A DNA stretch of 63,931 nt, filler included, from an uncultured bacterium (GTDB lineage Bacteria; Latescibacterota; UBA2968), in NCBI GenBank assembly GCA_964471275.1. It is 3 parts of 3 records of this genome, joined end to end, with 100 filler letters (N's around TTAATTAATTAA, not from the genome) between each part and the next. Parts side by side here need not be neighbours in the genome. Positions count along the whole stretch, not along the records: positions 1 to 22,024 come from CAYYGZ010000051.1; positions 22,125 to 44,085 come from CAYYGZ010000052.1; 1 more part is not named here. The stretch is one strand, 5' to 3'. The notes beneath the pieces were generated by a model. The model did not search any database, had not been told where the DNA came from, and was given only the letters and a program-made list of their open reading frames with translations. Position numbers and translations under genes: made by a program. Shown one piece after another: positions 17,469 to 28,246 of this stretch (the first letter of the stretch is position 1; every line of letters starts with the position of its first letter).

Positions 17469-19769
17469 ATGGCGGATCAGGAATATCTGGGAGAGCAGGA
17501 TTTCAAGGTGATCGGGAAGCGGCCGATCCGGCACGATGGGACCGACAAGGTGACCGGACGCGCACGCTACGCGGCGGACGTACACCCCGTTGGCTGGCTG
17601 GAAGGGAAGACGTTGCGTAGTCCTCACGCACACGCAAGGATCCTCTCGATCGACACCAGCAAGGCCGATGCGCTTCCGGGTGTGAAAGCTGTGGTGACGG
17701 CGAGGGATATGCTGAGCAGCTACGAGGACAAGGTCACGGATCTCGGCGAGGGCACCGCGATTCCCAAGAACCTGGCCAGCAATGTACTGGCTTCGGACAA
17801 GGTCCTGTATGAAGGACATGCCGTTGCCGCCGTCGCCGCGACCTCAGGCCATATCGCAGGCGAGGCGCTTCAGTTGATCGACGTGCAGTACGAAGTCCTG
17901 CCTCCTGTGATGGACGTTGTTGCGGCGACGAAGGATGACTCGCCGCTGCTGCACGGTGACCTGACCACCCGGTCTCTGGGTGAGAAGACAGACAAGTACA
18001 GCAACGTGGCCAATCACTTCCAACATCTGTTTGGCGATCCTGAGAAGGGCTTTGCCGAAGCAGACCATATCGTTGAGCGGGACTTCAAGACCGAGACGGT
18101 CCACCAGGGCTACATCGAGCCCCACGGTGTGACGGCCTTGTGGGGTCAGGATGGCAAGCTGACCTGCTGGACGAGCTCGCAGGGGCCGTTTGAGGTGCGC
18201 GGACAGTTGTCGGATCTGCTCGGTATCCCCGTGGTCGACATCAAGGTCGTGCCGCAGGAGATCGGCGGCGGCTTTGGTGGGAAGTTCCGTGTGTACCAGG
18301 AACCGACCGCGGCACTGATGTCGCGCATTACGGGTTTGCCCGTCAAGATGGTGATGTCGCGAGCTGAGGTGCTGAAGGCCACTGGGCCGACTTCAGGCTC
18401 GTTCATCCGCTGCAAGATGGGGTGTAAGAACGACGGAACGCTCGTCGCCGCAAAAGCAGATTTGTATTATGAAGCCGGTGCATACCCGGGATCAGCCGTT
18501 GGCGCAGCAGCAGGATGTATCTTCTCCCCGTTCAATATCCCGAATACGCAGATCGACGGGTATGATGTGGTGGTCAACAAACCGCACAGCTCCGCCTACA
18601 GAGCGCCAGGCGCCACAAACGGGGCATTTGCTTCAGAGTCCGTCGTCAACGAATTGGCAGAAGCGATCGCGATGGATCCGCTTGAGATGCGACTCAAGAA
18701 TGCTTCGAAGGAAGGAACACGACGAGCAGATGGCCCTGTGTTCCTCAAGATCGGGTGCGAAGAAGTGATCCAGGCGGCGATGGACAGCGATCACTACAAA
18801 TCACCGCTCAAGGGCCCCAACAAGGGCCGAGGTGTTGCCACCGGTTTCTGGTTTAACGGGGGCGGCGCATCGTCGGTAATCGCCAGCCTGAGTCCGGATG
18901 GATCGGTCGGTCTTGTTGAGGGATCGACAGATATCGGAGGCACCCGTACCTCGATCGCGATGCAGTTTGCGGAAGGACTGGGCATCGCCGCTGAGGATAT
19001 CAAGCCCAGCATTCCTGACACCGATTCTATTCCGCATACCGATGGGACAGGCGGCAGCCGGGTTACTTTTGCGACGGGGATGGCCGGATACCACGCTTCG
19101 CAGGATATGAAACGGAACCTGATCGACCGGGCGGCTACGATTTGGGAGGCGGCCGAGGATGACGTCAGCTACGAGGACGGTGTCTTTCAGTCGAAGTCGG
19201 ATCCAGAAAAGAAGATGACGTTCAAGGAGTTGGCTGCACAATCCAAGCGCAACGGCGGTACGGTCACGGGTCGCGCAAGCGTTCAGGCCAAGAATCCGGG
19301 CAATGCGTTCGCCTGCATGATTGTCGACGTGGATGTCGATCCAGATACGGGTAAGGTCCAGATCGAGCGCGCAACGCTTGTGCAGGATGTGGGGAAGGCT
19401 ATCCATCCGAGCTACGTGGAAGGTCAATTGCAGGGCGGAGTTGCGCAGGGCGTCGGGTGGGCACTGAACGAGGAGTTCTTCTATAACTCGGACGGTGTTC
19501 TGGTCAATGCGAGCCTGCTCGACTACCGGATGCCGACCACACTCGATCTTCCGATGATCGAGACGATTCTGGTGGAAGTTCCGAACCCGAACCATCCCTA
19601 CGGCGTGCGCGGTGTTGGCGAGGTGCCGATCGTGCCGCCCCCGGCTGCCGTGGCGAGCGCGATCTACAACGCGGTGGGTGTGCGTATGGGGGCGCTTCCG
19701 ATGTCACCAGGAAAGGTGCTCGAGGCGATTTGGAAGAAGGGCGACGGGGCTGCCGAGGCGGCTGATTAG
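17469..19769 (+). CDS. Xanthine dehydrogenase-family molybdopterin-binding large subunit
   Basis: GKRPIRHDG.DKVTG, HQGYIEPH, IGGGFGGK, AYRAPG, VEGQLQGG, RGVGE. Confidence 0.95.
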   Translation: MADQEYLGEQDFKVIGKRPIRHDGTDKVTGRARYAADVHPVGWLEGKTLRSPHAHARILSIDTSKADALPGVKAVVTARDMLSSYEDKVTDLGEGTAIPKNLASNVLASDKVLYEGHAVAAVAATSGHIAGEALQLIDVQYEVLPPVMDVVAATKDDSPLLHGDLTTRSLGEKTDKYSNVANHFQHLFGDPEKGFAEADHIVERDFKTETVHQGYIEPHGVTALWGQDGKLTCWTSSQGPFEVRGQLSDLLGIPVVDIKVVPQEIGGGFGGKFRVYQEPTAALMSRITGLPVKMVMSRAEVLKATGPTSGSFIRCKMGCKNDGTLVAAKADLYYEAGAYPGSAVGAAAGCIFSPFNIPNTQIDGYDVVVNKPHSSAYRAPGATNGAFASESVVNELAEAIAMDPLEMRLKNASKEGTRRADGPVFLKIGCEEVIQAAMDSDHYKSPLKGPNKGRGVATGFWFNGGGASSVIASLSPDGSVGLVEGSTDIGGTRTSIAMQFAEGLGIAAEDIKPSIPDTDSIPHTDGTGGSRVTFATGMAGYHASQDMKRNLIDRAATIWEAAEDDVSYEDGVFQSKSDPEKKMTFKELAAQSKRNGGTVTGRASVQAKNPGNAFACMIVDVDVDPDTGKVQIERATLVQDVGKAIHPSYVEGQLQGGVAQGVGWALNEEFFYNSDGVLVNASLLDYRMPTTLDLPMIETILVEVPNPNHPYGVRGVGEVPIVPPPAAVASAIYNAVGVRMGALPMSPGKVLEAIWKKGDGAAEAAD

Positions 19770-19854
19770 ACAAGCGTAGCCACAGAGAGCACAGAATCTG
19801 ATGATATCGGGTGGTCTCTGAGTAACCCTGGTTCGGGAGGAGCAGCCGGCGCCC

Positions 19855-20676
19855 TTACCACTGTATTCCCTTCTGAACGGGACCCCGATGCTGATCCGAT
19901 CGCTCTTCGATCGGCCAGTCCCGGAGTTCATCGACCAGCTTGACCAACCCGTCTACTGCCGCTTCGAAGATGATCTCGCCTTTCTCTGCCGTGGCAACCG
20001 TCGCATCTCCGTGAACGCCCACGTTACCCCATCGGCCCCAGAAGTCGTTGAACCGGACGGGGTAGTTCCCCGTACTGTCCGAGCTCAAATACGTCCCCAT
20101 CTGGTCATCAGCTTTTCTTGCCTTGTCCATTTGGACCCGATCGCCCGCGAGGTGGAGGTAGAGGGACGTTTCGAATTCATCGGCGTGTGCGGCAACGTCG
20201 GATTCGCGTATCTCCTGGAATGCATCCCAAAGGAAGCTTGCGTATCCGGTGGCGAAACAGAGGGATTCCGTCTCCAGGATTGTCCGGCGGGCAATGAGGT
20301 CAATCAGCGGACCATTTGACCCGTGGCCGTTGACGATCAGAATCTTCTCGAAACCGTGGTAGGCGACACTCTTGGTGATGTTGAGTGCGAATGCGATGAA
20401 GGTTTCCGGCTGGATATGAATCGTGCCCGGGTAGTCGATGTGGTGCCTGTTGAGGCCGTACGAGATGGGCGGGAGAATCAACGCTTTGTCAGCGGCGCGT
20501 TTCCCGACCTCGAGGCAGACCGTTTCGCAGAGGAATTCGTCCGTGTCGAGGGGCAGGTGGTGACCGTGCTGCTCTGTCGACCCCGTCGGCAGGATGACGA
20601 GCTTCTGCATCTCTATCGCGTCATTCATTTCCGGCCAGGTCAGCCGGTTGTAGCGGTATTCGGTATCTGCTGACAT
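19855..20676 (-). CDS. Creatininase/creatinine amidohydrolase family protein
   Basis: GSTEQHGHHLPLDTD, NGHGSN, HADEFETS. Confidence 0.92.
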   Translation of the reverse strand: MSADTEYRYNRLTWPEMNDAIEMQKLVILPTGSTEQHGHHLPLDTDEFLCETVCLEVGKRAADKALILPPISYGLNRHHIDYPGTIHIQPETFIAFALNITKSVAYHGFEKILIVNGHGSNGPLIDLIARRTILETESLCFATGYASFLWDAFQEIRESDVAAHADEFETSLYLHLAGDRVQMDKARKADDQMGTYLSSDSTGNYPVRFNDFWGRWGNVGVHGDATVATAEKGEIIFEAAVDGLVKLVDELRDWPIEERSDQHRGPVQKGIQW

Positions 20677-20873
20677 ATGTCTTCTCCAGGTTTGTGCGCT
20701 GTCTGTGAGGCAGCCAGTGCCAGTCGGTGGTGAGCGCGGGGCCTCTGAACCAGCATTCAGAAGGCCTGGATCAACAATGTTGATGGTATGGAACTTGTGC
20801 CATCATGATGAAGCGCGGGAAGCTGGATGCATAAAGGAGATTTGACCCACCAAACAGCGCGCACAGGACTGAT

Positions 20874-21587
20874 ATGGCAAAGAGAAACGTGGTTTCGCCG
20901 CCACCCGGATACGCGTGGCCCGAGATGGATGCGGCTCGATCTGGGCTGGACCCGAAGAAACTCGATACGTGGTGGAAGCTGCTCAAGAAGAACCACACGA
21001 AGAGCATCTTCGTGATGAAGGATGACAGGATCGTTTTTGAGCGGTATGTCAAGGGATTCGACCGGCACAGACCCCACTATACGGCATCGATGGCCAAGGC
21101 GCTGACAGGCGGGATGTCGCTCCTATTCGCAATCAACGATGGACTGATGAAATTCGAGAATCCCGCGTGGAAGTATGTCCCGGAGTGGAGGAAGGACCCT
21201 CTGAAATTGAGGATCACGGTTGCACACCTGGCGACACATACATCCGGGATGAAGGATTCGTTCGTCGCCGGGTTCGACCATACGAGTGAGCCGGGAAGAA
21301 AGGGCGAGTTCTGTGAACGAAAGCCTGTTCCGGACGATCAGTTCTCAATCTCGTGCGATCGGGCCTTGATCCGATCCAAACCCGGAGCGAAGTATCAGTA
21401 AAGCAATCCGGGTATCGCGATGCTCGGGTATTGCGTCACAAGAGCCCTGCAGAAGGGCCCGGACAAGGATATCCGATCATTGCTGAAGAATCGGCTGATG
21501 GACCCGATCGGTGTGTCCGATAACGAGTGGTCCTGCGGCTACGGTCAGACATTTGTGGTGGATGGATTGCCACTGAGAGTCAGATGA
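20874..21587 (+). pseudogene. Serine hydrolase (beta-lactamase/AmpC-like) pseudogene
   Basis: SMAK (SxxK), HLATHTSG; the YSN motif reads Q-TAA-SN at 21399; C-terminal third absent. Confidence 0.8.
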
Positions 21588-21953
21588 AACATTGATTCGC
21601 CGCTGGATCACCCCCCGCAGCTCCCCTCACAGAGTCTGAAGCCTCTCATCGAAGGCAAAGGTGAAGCGCGTGAATCTGTTCTCTGTGAATGGATGACGGC
21701 CGATCAGGTCGATCGAGGAACGTGTTTCCTAACGGATCGGCATAAATATATTACGTGGGGGCGGGAGCGTCAGGAGTTCTATGACCTGGCTGAGGATCCG
21801 GACGAGATGCGGAATGCGATCGATGATCCAGCCTACAACACGAAGATCGGGCCGCACAAGGATGTCATGCTTGGGCGACTGACACGCTCCGACCAGCATT
21901 ACTATCGTGACGAGACGCCAAGCGATCGAGATTTGCAGATCTGGCTGCAGTAA
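21588..21953 (+). pseudogene. Sulfatase C-terminal remnant
   Basis: QSLKPLIEG...RESVLCE...KYI....EFYDLAEDPDEMRN.IDDP; catalytic N-domain absent. Confidence 0.75.
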
Positions 21954-21965
21954 GGAGAGACATAC

Positions 21966-22024
21966 GTGACACCAGGTAATTTTGCAGAACATTGTCAGAA
22001 GTTGGGCACGTGGGTTGACTGGGA
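21966..22024 (+). CDS. 5' end of a gene cut by the contig end (MTPGNFAEHCQKLGTWVDW)
   Basis: AAGGAG SD and GTG; frame open into the gap. Confidence 0.4.
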
Positions 22025-22124
22025 NNNNNNNNNNNNNNNNNNNNNNNNNNNNNNNNNNNNNNNNNNNNTTAATTAATTAANNNNNNNNNNNNNNNNNNNN
22101 NNNNNNNNNNNNNNNNNNNNNNNN
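22025..22124. other. Artificial contig-joining linker
   Basis: N44-TTAATTAATTAA-N44, which puts stops in all six frames. Confidence 0.98.
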
Positions 22125-22945
22125 ACCTCTTCCAGGTATCTACCGACCTGACGATCGATATTCTCGATCATCGCGGCATAGTTCCTGCGGATCTCGTTGT
22201 GCTGGCTTCCATCGAGCTCAGTCGAGTCATTCGGCTGTGGGTACTGCACATCCGGCCGAGCATCCCACATAGACTGAGTAATGTCCATCGGGTTGTGTGG
22301 ACCGGTGAAATTTACCTGCATGAACCACGGCTGGTCGGCAGGCAGCTGTTTGAGGATGTCGAGCCCGTTCTCGGCAATCCAGTTATCGCAATAGGCCTCA
22401 TCCGGAAGCTTTGTCGGATGTGTATCACGGAACCCGTGACGGTTCGCTCTGTCGAAATCGTTCAGGTGGATATCTGCCCACCCGTTGTCATACAAGTACT
22501 TGAGATACGGTCCGTGCGGCTCAGTCGCGCCGCTTCGGGTGCCGTCGTATTTCCCTTCGTTGTCGATCCCGTCCGTGAAGCCCCATTCGTCTATCATACG
22601 CTTCCCGTCAAGTCCCCATTCGAGCGTATTCTTGCTGAGATCGAACTTGCCGACTCCCGCGGTTCGGTATCCCGCTGCCCTCAGCGCCTGGTACTGGGTG
22701 GGTTGATCAAGCGGATAGTTCGTGCCGTTCCCTGGCACGCCGCACCGATGGTAACGCTTCCCTGCGGCCATACACGCCCGGGAAGGGGCACACACCGGTG
22801 ACGGCACAATCGCCTTCGTGAAAGTAACGCCTCCTTCTGCCAGCTTGTCGAGGTGTGGGGTACGGACCGGAATGTCCTGGTTGTATCCGACGAAGTCGAA
22901 TCGGTGCTGGTCTGGAAAGAAGAACAGAATATTCGGTTTGCCCAT
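22125..22945 (-). CDS. Cys-type sulfatase, 3' end lost at the gap
   Basis: KPNILFFFPDQHR, CAPSR, VGKFD, GPHNP. Confidence 0.92.
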
Positions 22946-23008
22946 TATACCCTCGGTAATCTCAGATTCTCATCCATGCTCATCTGAATGGCTACTGACA
23001 CGAACCGT

Positions 23009-24469
23009 TCACCTGGAGTCCCTACTCCCCGCTGCCAGTATATTCGGCCCATATGGGGCCAACCTCAGCACCGGATAGTGCGAGTTCAGCAGAGCCTGGT
23101 CATCCGTCTCTTTCACTCGCGTCCAGGCATAGTGCATCAACGACAGCACCACTTCTTCATTGGTGTGATCGTCAATCAGATTACTTATTTCGAACGGATC
23201 ATCATCCAGATTGTAAAGCTCGTCGAAATCGAACCCGTTCCACACCAGCTTCCACGGACCATCCCAGATGATCCGCTGCGTCAACCGATACCGGCCGCCA
23301 CCATATTCTGCGAATCCACGAGAGAATTCGCCCTGCCCACCGAACTCATCCTTCAACGCGACAGCGAACGAGGTCGAATCGGTCCCGCCAATAGCATCCT
23401 GACCACACAACTCCAGAAGGGTGGGTGCCAGATCGTGCAGCCCAACCCGGGCATCACTGACAACGCCTTCAGAAATTCCCGGACCACTGACCGTCATGGG
23501 AATATGATAGACCTCCTCAAAACCACCGATATTCTTGCAATACAATCCGTGTGAGCCAAGTAGTTCGCCGTGATCGCTCGTCACGACAATAATCGTGTTC
23601 TCGCGTTGGCCGCTCTCCTCCAGGTAGTCAATCAGACGACCGTATTGCGCATCGATCTCCGTGACCGATGCATAGTAACACGCCGCAGCTTCCTTCTTCT
23701 GGCGTTCATCCAGGTCCAGCCACGTAATCCCTGCCTTCCGATACAGGTTGGGCTGTCCGATAAGCTCGTTGTCCACGTTCGGCTGCAGAGGAATGGCATC
23801 CACGTCGTACTGATCGTAGGTGTCCTGTCCGGTCACAAACGGATCGTGGGGCTCCGTAATACTCACGAAACAGCACCACGGCCTGTCACCTTTCTGCCCT
23901 TTCAGGAAGTCCAGTCCCAGCTCAGTAGTGATCCCAACACCCCGCTGCTCAACCGGCATATCCGTTACACCGTAGAGCAGTGTCTTGTCGTATCCCTCGG
24001 GTAGGTCGTTCGTCTTCTTCAGCGAGAACACCCCCTCCCCCTTATCTCCCCCCCAGACAGCTTCCCGCTTCTCCGCATAGAGATCCGACGACGAAACGCC
24101 GTTCACCTGCCACCCAAACTGAGCCAGGTCATCTGTCCGCTCAACGTGCCACTTCCCGAAGTATCCAGTGTTGTAGCCCGCTCCCTCAAGCCGCTGTGCC
24201 CAATGTGGGAGATCTGTTCGCAGATTGCACTGATCGTCGTCCACACAGTGAATGACCTCCAGCACGCCGTGCGAACTCGGCAGCAATCCGGTCATCAGGC
24301 TTGCTCGGGCCGGTGAACAGACTGCATTCGGTGTATAGGCTCGCGGGAATCTGACTCCTTGCTCCGCCAGACGATCGAAGTTCGGCGTCCTGCACACGTG
24401 CTCAGGATCCAGAACACGCCCCTGCATCTGATCTGTCATCAGGAAGAGAATATTCGGCTTTTCCATCAT
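23009..24469 (-). CDS. Cys-type sulfatase
   Basis: KPNILFLMTDQ, CSPARASLMTG, FGKWH, TSDHGE. Confidence 0.95.
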   Translation of the reverse strand: MMEKPNILFLMTDQMQGRVLDPEHVCRTPNFDRLAEQGVRFPRAYTPNAVCSPARASLMTGLLPSSHGVLEVIHCVDDDQCNLRTDLPHWAQRLEGAGYNTGYFGKWHVERTDDLAQFGWQVNGVSSSDLYAEKREAVWGGDKGEGVFSLKKTNDLPEGYDKTLLYGVTDMPVEQRGVGITTELGLDFLKGQKGDRPWCCFVSITEPHDPFVTGQDTYDQYDVDAIPLQPNVDNELIGQPNLYRKAGITWLDLDERQKKEAAACYYASVTEIDAQYGRLIDYLEESGQRENTIIVVTSDHGELLGSHGLYCKNIGGFEEVYHIPMTVSGPGISEGVVSDARVGLHDLAPTLLELCGQDAIGGTDSTSFAVALKDEFGGQGEFSRGFAEYGGGRYRLTQRIIWDGPWKLVWNGFDFDELYNLDDDPFEISNLIDDHTNEEVVLSLMHYAWTRVKETDDQALLNSHYPVLRLAPYGPNILAAGSRDSR

Positions 24470-24474
24470 ACGCT

Positions 24475-25035
24475 TTAGAATCCTGTCGTTTGAGAAAGAT
24501 GTAGATCCAGGTGAGCGATACGTTGGTGATCCCGGTCTCTCGTCAGCTCACCCATCCCAACAAAATCGATGTTCAGCGCGATCATCCCTCTTTTCGCGAG
24601 ATTGATACACCGCGCCTGCTTGTAGTCCATCGCCTTCCCGCCTGCGTGGTGGCCGTTCGGGTTCAGGACAACGGGCATCTTCCCCTTCTGGCGTGTCGGC
24701 TCATACAGCAGGGCTGGAATCCACATACCGGGATATCCCTCTTACCGCACCTTACGGGTCCGGTAGCCATTCCCGGTCCGGATCGTCTTTCCCCACTCAG
24801 TCTTCAAGGGCCCGTCAACGAACGACTTTGCCTCCCTGAGGTAGACGTCATCGAGCAATCGTCTGCGCAGTCGCGAAGCTTTTGGCTTCCACCCACGAGC
24901 AGTCGTGGGAGCCGACCATCGATCCAGCTTCTGGAGGATATAGGCGTGGAACTCGCAGCGATTCGGATCCTCATAGTTGGGTCTGCCCAGCAGCTTCCTC
25001 GTGAGTGCGGCCCCTATTTGCTTTTCAGTCGCCAT
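24475..25035 (-). pseudogene. Acetylxylan-esterase-like alpha/beta hydrolase pseudogene
   Basis: Two same-frame ORFs separated by TAA at 24742 (KVR*EGYPGMWIPALLYEP...VLNPNGH); truncated before the nucleophile motif. Confidence 0.75.
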
Positions 25036-26207
25036 CAGCCTGCTACCCCGCAGAAACCCATCGCCGCCTGTGTATAGACCTTCGCAGCAGACAACAACCG
25101 CTCAACAGATATCGTTTCCAGATCAGAATGGGCGGTCTCGTTGGACGGCCCGTAATAGAATGTGGGTATCCCTGTCCCGTGCACATACAGATTCGCATCT
25201 CCCACGATGCGCATCCCGACGTAATTAACATCCCGACCGACCACCTCTCGGTGAGCCGCTGCGAACGCCCGGACGGCGGGATCATCAGGCGACGTCTCAA
25301 ACGGTTCCCGGTCGTGGACCATCGTTACCTCGGCGGTCAGACCACTTCCGCTCAATGCCTCCCCCACAAGCACATCCAGTTCCCCGAGGCAAGTCCGAGC
25401 CGTCCGACCGGGGGCCCACCGCCGCGTCCCTGTCAGCACGCAATCCACCGGAGTACGGTTGAAGTAGTCACCCGCGTTGACGATCCCGACGTCGATCCGT
25501 TCGGCACCCGCAAGGGGGTGCACGTCCCCGCGATCCATCTCTTCCTGACGATGAGCGATTCGCTGGATGACATCCCCGACAAAACGGATCGGATTGTCCT
25601 TGAACGGAACATACTGGGTGTGGGCCCCGCCACGAGGAGATTTGAGCCGGATCGTCCAGACCATCGACCCCATGCTCATCACCCAGAGCGCGTCCCGTCC
25701 TTCTACGATGCAGATGCGGTCACAGGACAGACGGCCCACGCTCAAATCTTTGATCAGGGCTCGGGGGCCATCCTTCTCGGCGACAGGCTCCTCGTGCCCC
25801 ACAACCGCAGTCAACCAGACGTCTCCCTTGAGTCTCGTCCCTGAGGCAAGCAGCGCCCGCGCCATACCGAGCATCGCGACAAGCCCGCCCTTCATGTCTG
25901 TCGTCCCGCGTCCCGTGATCGTGTCGCCGTCTCGGCCGAACGGGATACAATCACCGACCGGGATCGTATCGAGATGTCCGTTGAACAGAAGCGCCGGCCC
26001 CTCACCTGTTCCCGAGATCTTCGCATACAGGTTGTTTCGACCCGGGGTTACCTGCCGAACATCTACATCGAGACCCGCATCCACCAACAGCTCCGCAAAT
26101 TGAGCACAGACGGTGGTTTCGTCCATCGTGACGCTGGGTGTCTCGACAAGGGCAAGCGTCTGCTCGGCCAGCCACTCGGGCTCGATCAGGGAAACTGGAG
26201 AGGGCAT
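25035..26207 (-). CDS. M20 metallopeptidase/deacylase (ArgE/DapE-like)
   Basis: FNGHLDT, GRGTTDMKGG, GHEE, AHSDLE; TGATG coupling to the kinase gene. Confidence 0.9.
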   Translation of the reverse strand: MPSPVSLIEPEWLAEQTLALVETPSVTMDETTVCAQFAELLVDAGLDVDVRQVTPGRNNLYAKISGTGEGPALLFNGHLDTIPVGDCIPFGRDGDTITGRGTTDMKGGLVAMLGMARALLASGTRLKGDVWLTAVVGHEEPVAEKDGPRALIKDLSVGRLSCDRICIVEGRDALWVMSMGSMVWTIRLKSPRGGAHTQYVPFKDNPIRFVGDVIQRIAHRQEEMDRGDVHPLAGAERIDVGIVNAGDYFNRTPVDCVLTGTRRWAPGRTARTCLGELDVLVGEALSGSGLTAEVTMVHDREPFETSPDDPAVRAFAAAHREVVGRDVNYVGMRIVGDANLYVHGTGIPTFYYGPSNETAHSDLETISVERLLSAAKVYTQAAMGFCGVAG

Positions 26208-27085
26208 CAGCTCAGTATCCGATATCCGACGGGCAGAGAGGGTGTCCCACTGTCTTGCGTCGCCACAAAGGCACCGACCTGGTTCGCGTGCTCCGCGCAA
26301 CTCCGGAGATCTGCGCCAGAGAGCAGCTTCAGGGCAAACGCCGCCGTAAACGCATCACCAGATCCGACGGTATTGACGACATCCACTTTGTTACCCGGCA
26401 CCTTGAAATCGATATCCTGAGAGGACACCCGACATCCCTCCGCCCCAAGCGTCAGTACGATTGTGTCGATCCTGAACCGGTGTCGAATCTCCCGCAAATA
26501 ATCCCGATCATCCGAGTAGCCATCCACGTAGGCTCTCAGTATCGGAATCTCCTTATCGTTCAGCTTCAGGAGATCAGCACGTCTCAGACAATCCTCGACG
26601 ACTTCGACGGAATGATAGCGCATCCGAAAGTTGATATCACACACCTTCAGGCAATCCTTTGACAACAAATCAAAAAGCTGTCGATGCGTTTTTCGGCTTC
26701 GACAGCTTCTTTGCCCCAGTGTCCCCCAACACAAGAGATCAGCCGCGGCGATCTCAGAAACAACCTCGGGAACGATATCTATGTCATCCCACGCGACGTC
26801 CTCGACAATCTCGTACGTGGGTTGCCCTTCGATCAACTCGACAAGAACGACGCCGGTCTGCTTCGAATCGACTCGCGGGATGCCGGTGACACCGACCCCT
26901 GCCTGATCGAGCATCTGGAGTGCTTCAAGCCCTCTTCCATCGCTTCCAACGGCGCTCACCAGATGAGATCGAGCACCGAGCGCTACAGCGTGGATGGCAA
27001 AATTGGCGGGTGCGCCCCCCAGTCGTTCACCATAAGGAAACACATCGAACAGGAGTTCCCCTACGGAGACAGCATTGACATTCAT
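26207..27085 (-). CDS. PfkB carbohydrate kinase (fructokinase-like)
   Basis: GELLFD, GGAPANFA, NTVGSGDAF. Confidence 0.92.
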   Translation of the reverse strand: MNVNAVSVGELLFDVFPYGERLGGAPANFAIHAVALGARSHLVSAVGSDGRGLEALQMLDQAGVGVTGIPRVDSKQTGVVLVELIEGQPTYEIVEDVAWDDIDIVPEVVSEIAAADLLCWGTLGQRSCRSRKTHRQLFDLLSKDCLKVCDINFRMRYHSVEVVEDCLRRADLLKLNDKEIPILRAYVDGYSDDRDYLREIRHRFRIDTIVLTLGAEGCRVSSQDIDFKVPGNKVDVVNTVGSGDAFTAAFALKLLSGADLRSCAEHANQVGAFVATQDSGTPSLPVGYRILS

Positions 27086-27088
27086 CGC

Positions 27089-28038
27089 CTATCGAGCGAC
27101 GCGGACTGGCTTCTTCCCGGCGACGGCTTTGTAGACAGCCTCTGACAATCGCGCAACCTGAAGAGCATAGTCTGGAGGCGAATAGCCCTGTCCGCCGTTA
27201 CGAATCCACTCGAAGAATACCTCGTCCGGTGTCACTTCCTTCACGCTTGCTGGAATCTTCACGGGTTCGTCGTTCAGCAACAGCGACTTTACGACCCACT
27301 GGTTCAGATGGAAAACCAGACTGCCCTCGCTTCCGTGGATGGCCACACGTTCATCGTGCTTTGGCACTTCGCCAAATGTGTTGATCGTACCGAGCGCGCT
27401 TCCCTTAAACCGAACGCTTACCACCGTGTTGATATCTACCTGCTTGCCTGCGTTCGTCAGAAAGGCTGTCACCTCTGCGGGTTCGAGCCCCGTCAGCCAC
27501 AGTAGAGCCGCAACGAGATGGCTCCCCGTGTCCATAAACATCCCGCCCCCCGACATCTCCGGATCCAGCCGCCAGCCGCGAGCGTTCCCCCAGTTTTGTG
27601 TCACATACCCCACGACTCCTCGGATCTCGCCGATCGCGCCATCACGGAGTGACGCTGGTAGCCGACCTGGATATAGCACTTTCGCTTGTCGGCCAGGGCA
27701 ATCAGGCTCTTCGTGTGCCGCGACGAAATCGTCAACGGTTTTTCACAGCACACGTGGCATCCCTTCTGCAGAGAGAGCCTGGCCTGTTCATAGTGTAGCG
27801 AATGCGGGGAACTGATCACGACGGCTTCGATATCCTCGCCCCGAATCATCTTGTTGTAGTCTTCATAATAGACGGCCTCTTCCCCCCACGCATCCAGGAA
27901 GTCGTCCGCATTCTCTTTCATAGGATCGGATACACAGACAATCTCGATCCCGCCATCCGCCTCGAACCGTGGCAGATGAGCGCGCTGCATGTTTCCACCG
28001 CATCCGATCACGGCCACTCTGATCTTCTGCTTAGCCAT
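27089..28038 (-). pseudogene. Gfo/Idh/MocA oxidoreductase with frameshifting internal deletion
   Basis: N-half (IGCGG, CEKPL, VGYQRH) jumps directly to LRDGAIGEIR in another frame near 27650. Confidence 0.85.
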
Positions 28039-28246
28039 AGACTGCTCCTTAAAACTCTCTGAACAACTGGGGTCACCTAGCTGCTGATTTCCTCTATCAG
28101 GTCCGATATGTTATCCCCAATGGGATCTAGGAATATACTGTGCCCGGGCCCGTTATCTGAGGGATTTTTGTAGGCCCCCTGCGACGTTGTCGGTCAACCC
28201 CACCACAACGCCGGCTCTCGTGAGGCGACCTCTTGTGCTTCGATAC

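Noticed and set aside
17469..19769. Aerobic CO dehydrogenase CoxL
   Set aside because: Loop is AYRAPG, not AYxCSFR (form I) or AYxGAGR (form II)
19855..20676. Mycofactocin peptidase MftE
   Set aside because: No mftA/B/C nearby; generic creatininase motifs only
22025..22124. TTAATTAATTAA as a biological palindrome
   Set aside because: Identical N-flanked spacer occurs twice; assembly linker
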